Origin: Selaginella moellendorffii
Lineage: Eukaryota > Plantae > Lycopodiophyta
Direction of reading: 5' to 3'
Length of the DNA: 64,000 nt
Assembly (NCBI RefSeq): GCF_000143415.4
Contig: NW_003314298.1
Coordinates: 1 to 64,000, forward strand
Below the pieces are notes generated by a model. The model worked only from the letters and a program-made list of their open reading frames with translations, searched no databases and was not told the DNA's origin. The translations under genes and the position numbers were made by a program. Shown here one piece after another: positions 63,200 to 64,000 of the stretch; within the stretch, counting starts at the first letter, position 1; each line of letters starts with the position of its first letter.

Positions 63200-64000
63200 T
63201 TGTGTTGTGCTCTGGTGAAGCAATGAACCACACCTCAACCTCCCAAGCTGATGTAGGTGCTGTGACCCCTCGGGTCTATATCCCCTGCTCTTCCCACTCT
63301 ATTTGCCATTGGATTTCCACAAAGTCTCCTACTTTGAGGCATCTCCTCGACCATGTCGTCTCTCCTTAGCACTATTCATGACTCAAAGGAGTTGTAGAAT
63401 GTCCAATAGGATGTTATGCCACTTCTACAGTCTGAACACTTATGTCCTCTTCTTTATTTGCCACCAATCCCTGTCGATCAATCCAGTTAGTTGCTTCATG
63501 GTCCAAAAACCATTCAAATGCATTTTTCTCCAGATTGTGTGATGTGCCTCCTGCCCTAGGGTAACATCTCCCATTTGGAACAATGTGTTGAAGAATAGGG
63601 GCTGGTTAAGCCACTCCTTGACTCTACTTGGCAGCATGTGCTCCAATGGAAAAGCTCTCCACAATCTGTGTATACTCTAGATGATGTTGTCCCCTTTCAC
63701 TACCTATGTCAGCCCATTTGCAAAGAGCTACTGAGGGTCTTCCTTCCAAGTTTTGGCTGTGTTGTCCTTAGGGCATATCACTAGGAGACTTTGTCAAAAC
63801 ATTAGTCACCATGGCTGCCTCCCCGGTTGCAGGCCCATGAGAATGATCTTATATCTCAGCGTCTTTGCCATGTCACTGGGGTCAATGATCCCGAGCCCCC
63901 TAGGATCCATGGCCGTGCTATGGATTGCCATGCCACCTTGGCCATGGTCCACTCTAAGGCCAAGGTTCCCCATCATACGTAGATTCTCACCATCTATCTC
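63200..64000 (-). mobile_element. LINE fragment related to the 41236-52135 family
   Basis: WLNQPLFFN..HTIWRKM and GLGIIDPSDMAK on the minus strand; runs off the window. Confidence 0.85.

Overview
Plant chromosome end. About 4.3 kb of (CCCTAAA)n telomere (two N-gaps) is followed by a transposon-dense subtelomere. Introns of ~50 bp, a DYW-PPR relic and a telomere-joined hammerhead/Penelope-like fragment suggest a lycophyte such as Selaginella (inference only). In order, the window holds: (1) a hammerhead-bearing Penelope-like fragment joined to the telomere; (2) a chromodomain Ty3/Gypsy-type integrase interrupted by spliceosomal-type introns; (3) LTRs and a Helitron Rep fragment; (4) a young non-coding 7.2-kb LTR element with TSD; (5) a rearranged cluster of Crinkler/RHS-like (coiled coil + NTPase + REase) pseudogenes; (6) a 13.2-kb TIR DNA transposon (24-bp TIRs, 4-bp TSD); (7) tandem L1-type LINEs, Copia and Gypsy relics, and a Cassandra-like 5S TRIM; (8) host gene relics (PPR-DYW, PCC13-62-like, SWIM) and one intact B3-domain ORF. 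The best candidate for an undescribed system is the 13.2-kb element. It pairs a Sola-like transposase with a divergent multi-exon gene carrying ParB-like, DNA-methyltransferase-like and FCP1/NIF-like motifs. It also carries ~20 copies of a 22-bp palindrome, several inside introns of that gene. All domain calls are by-eye motif recognition, not database hits.
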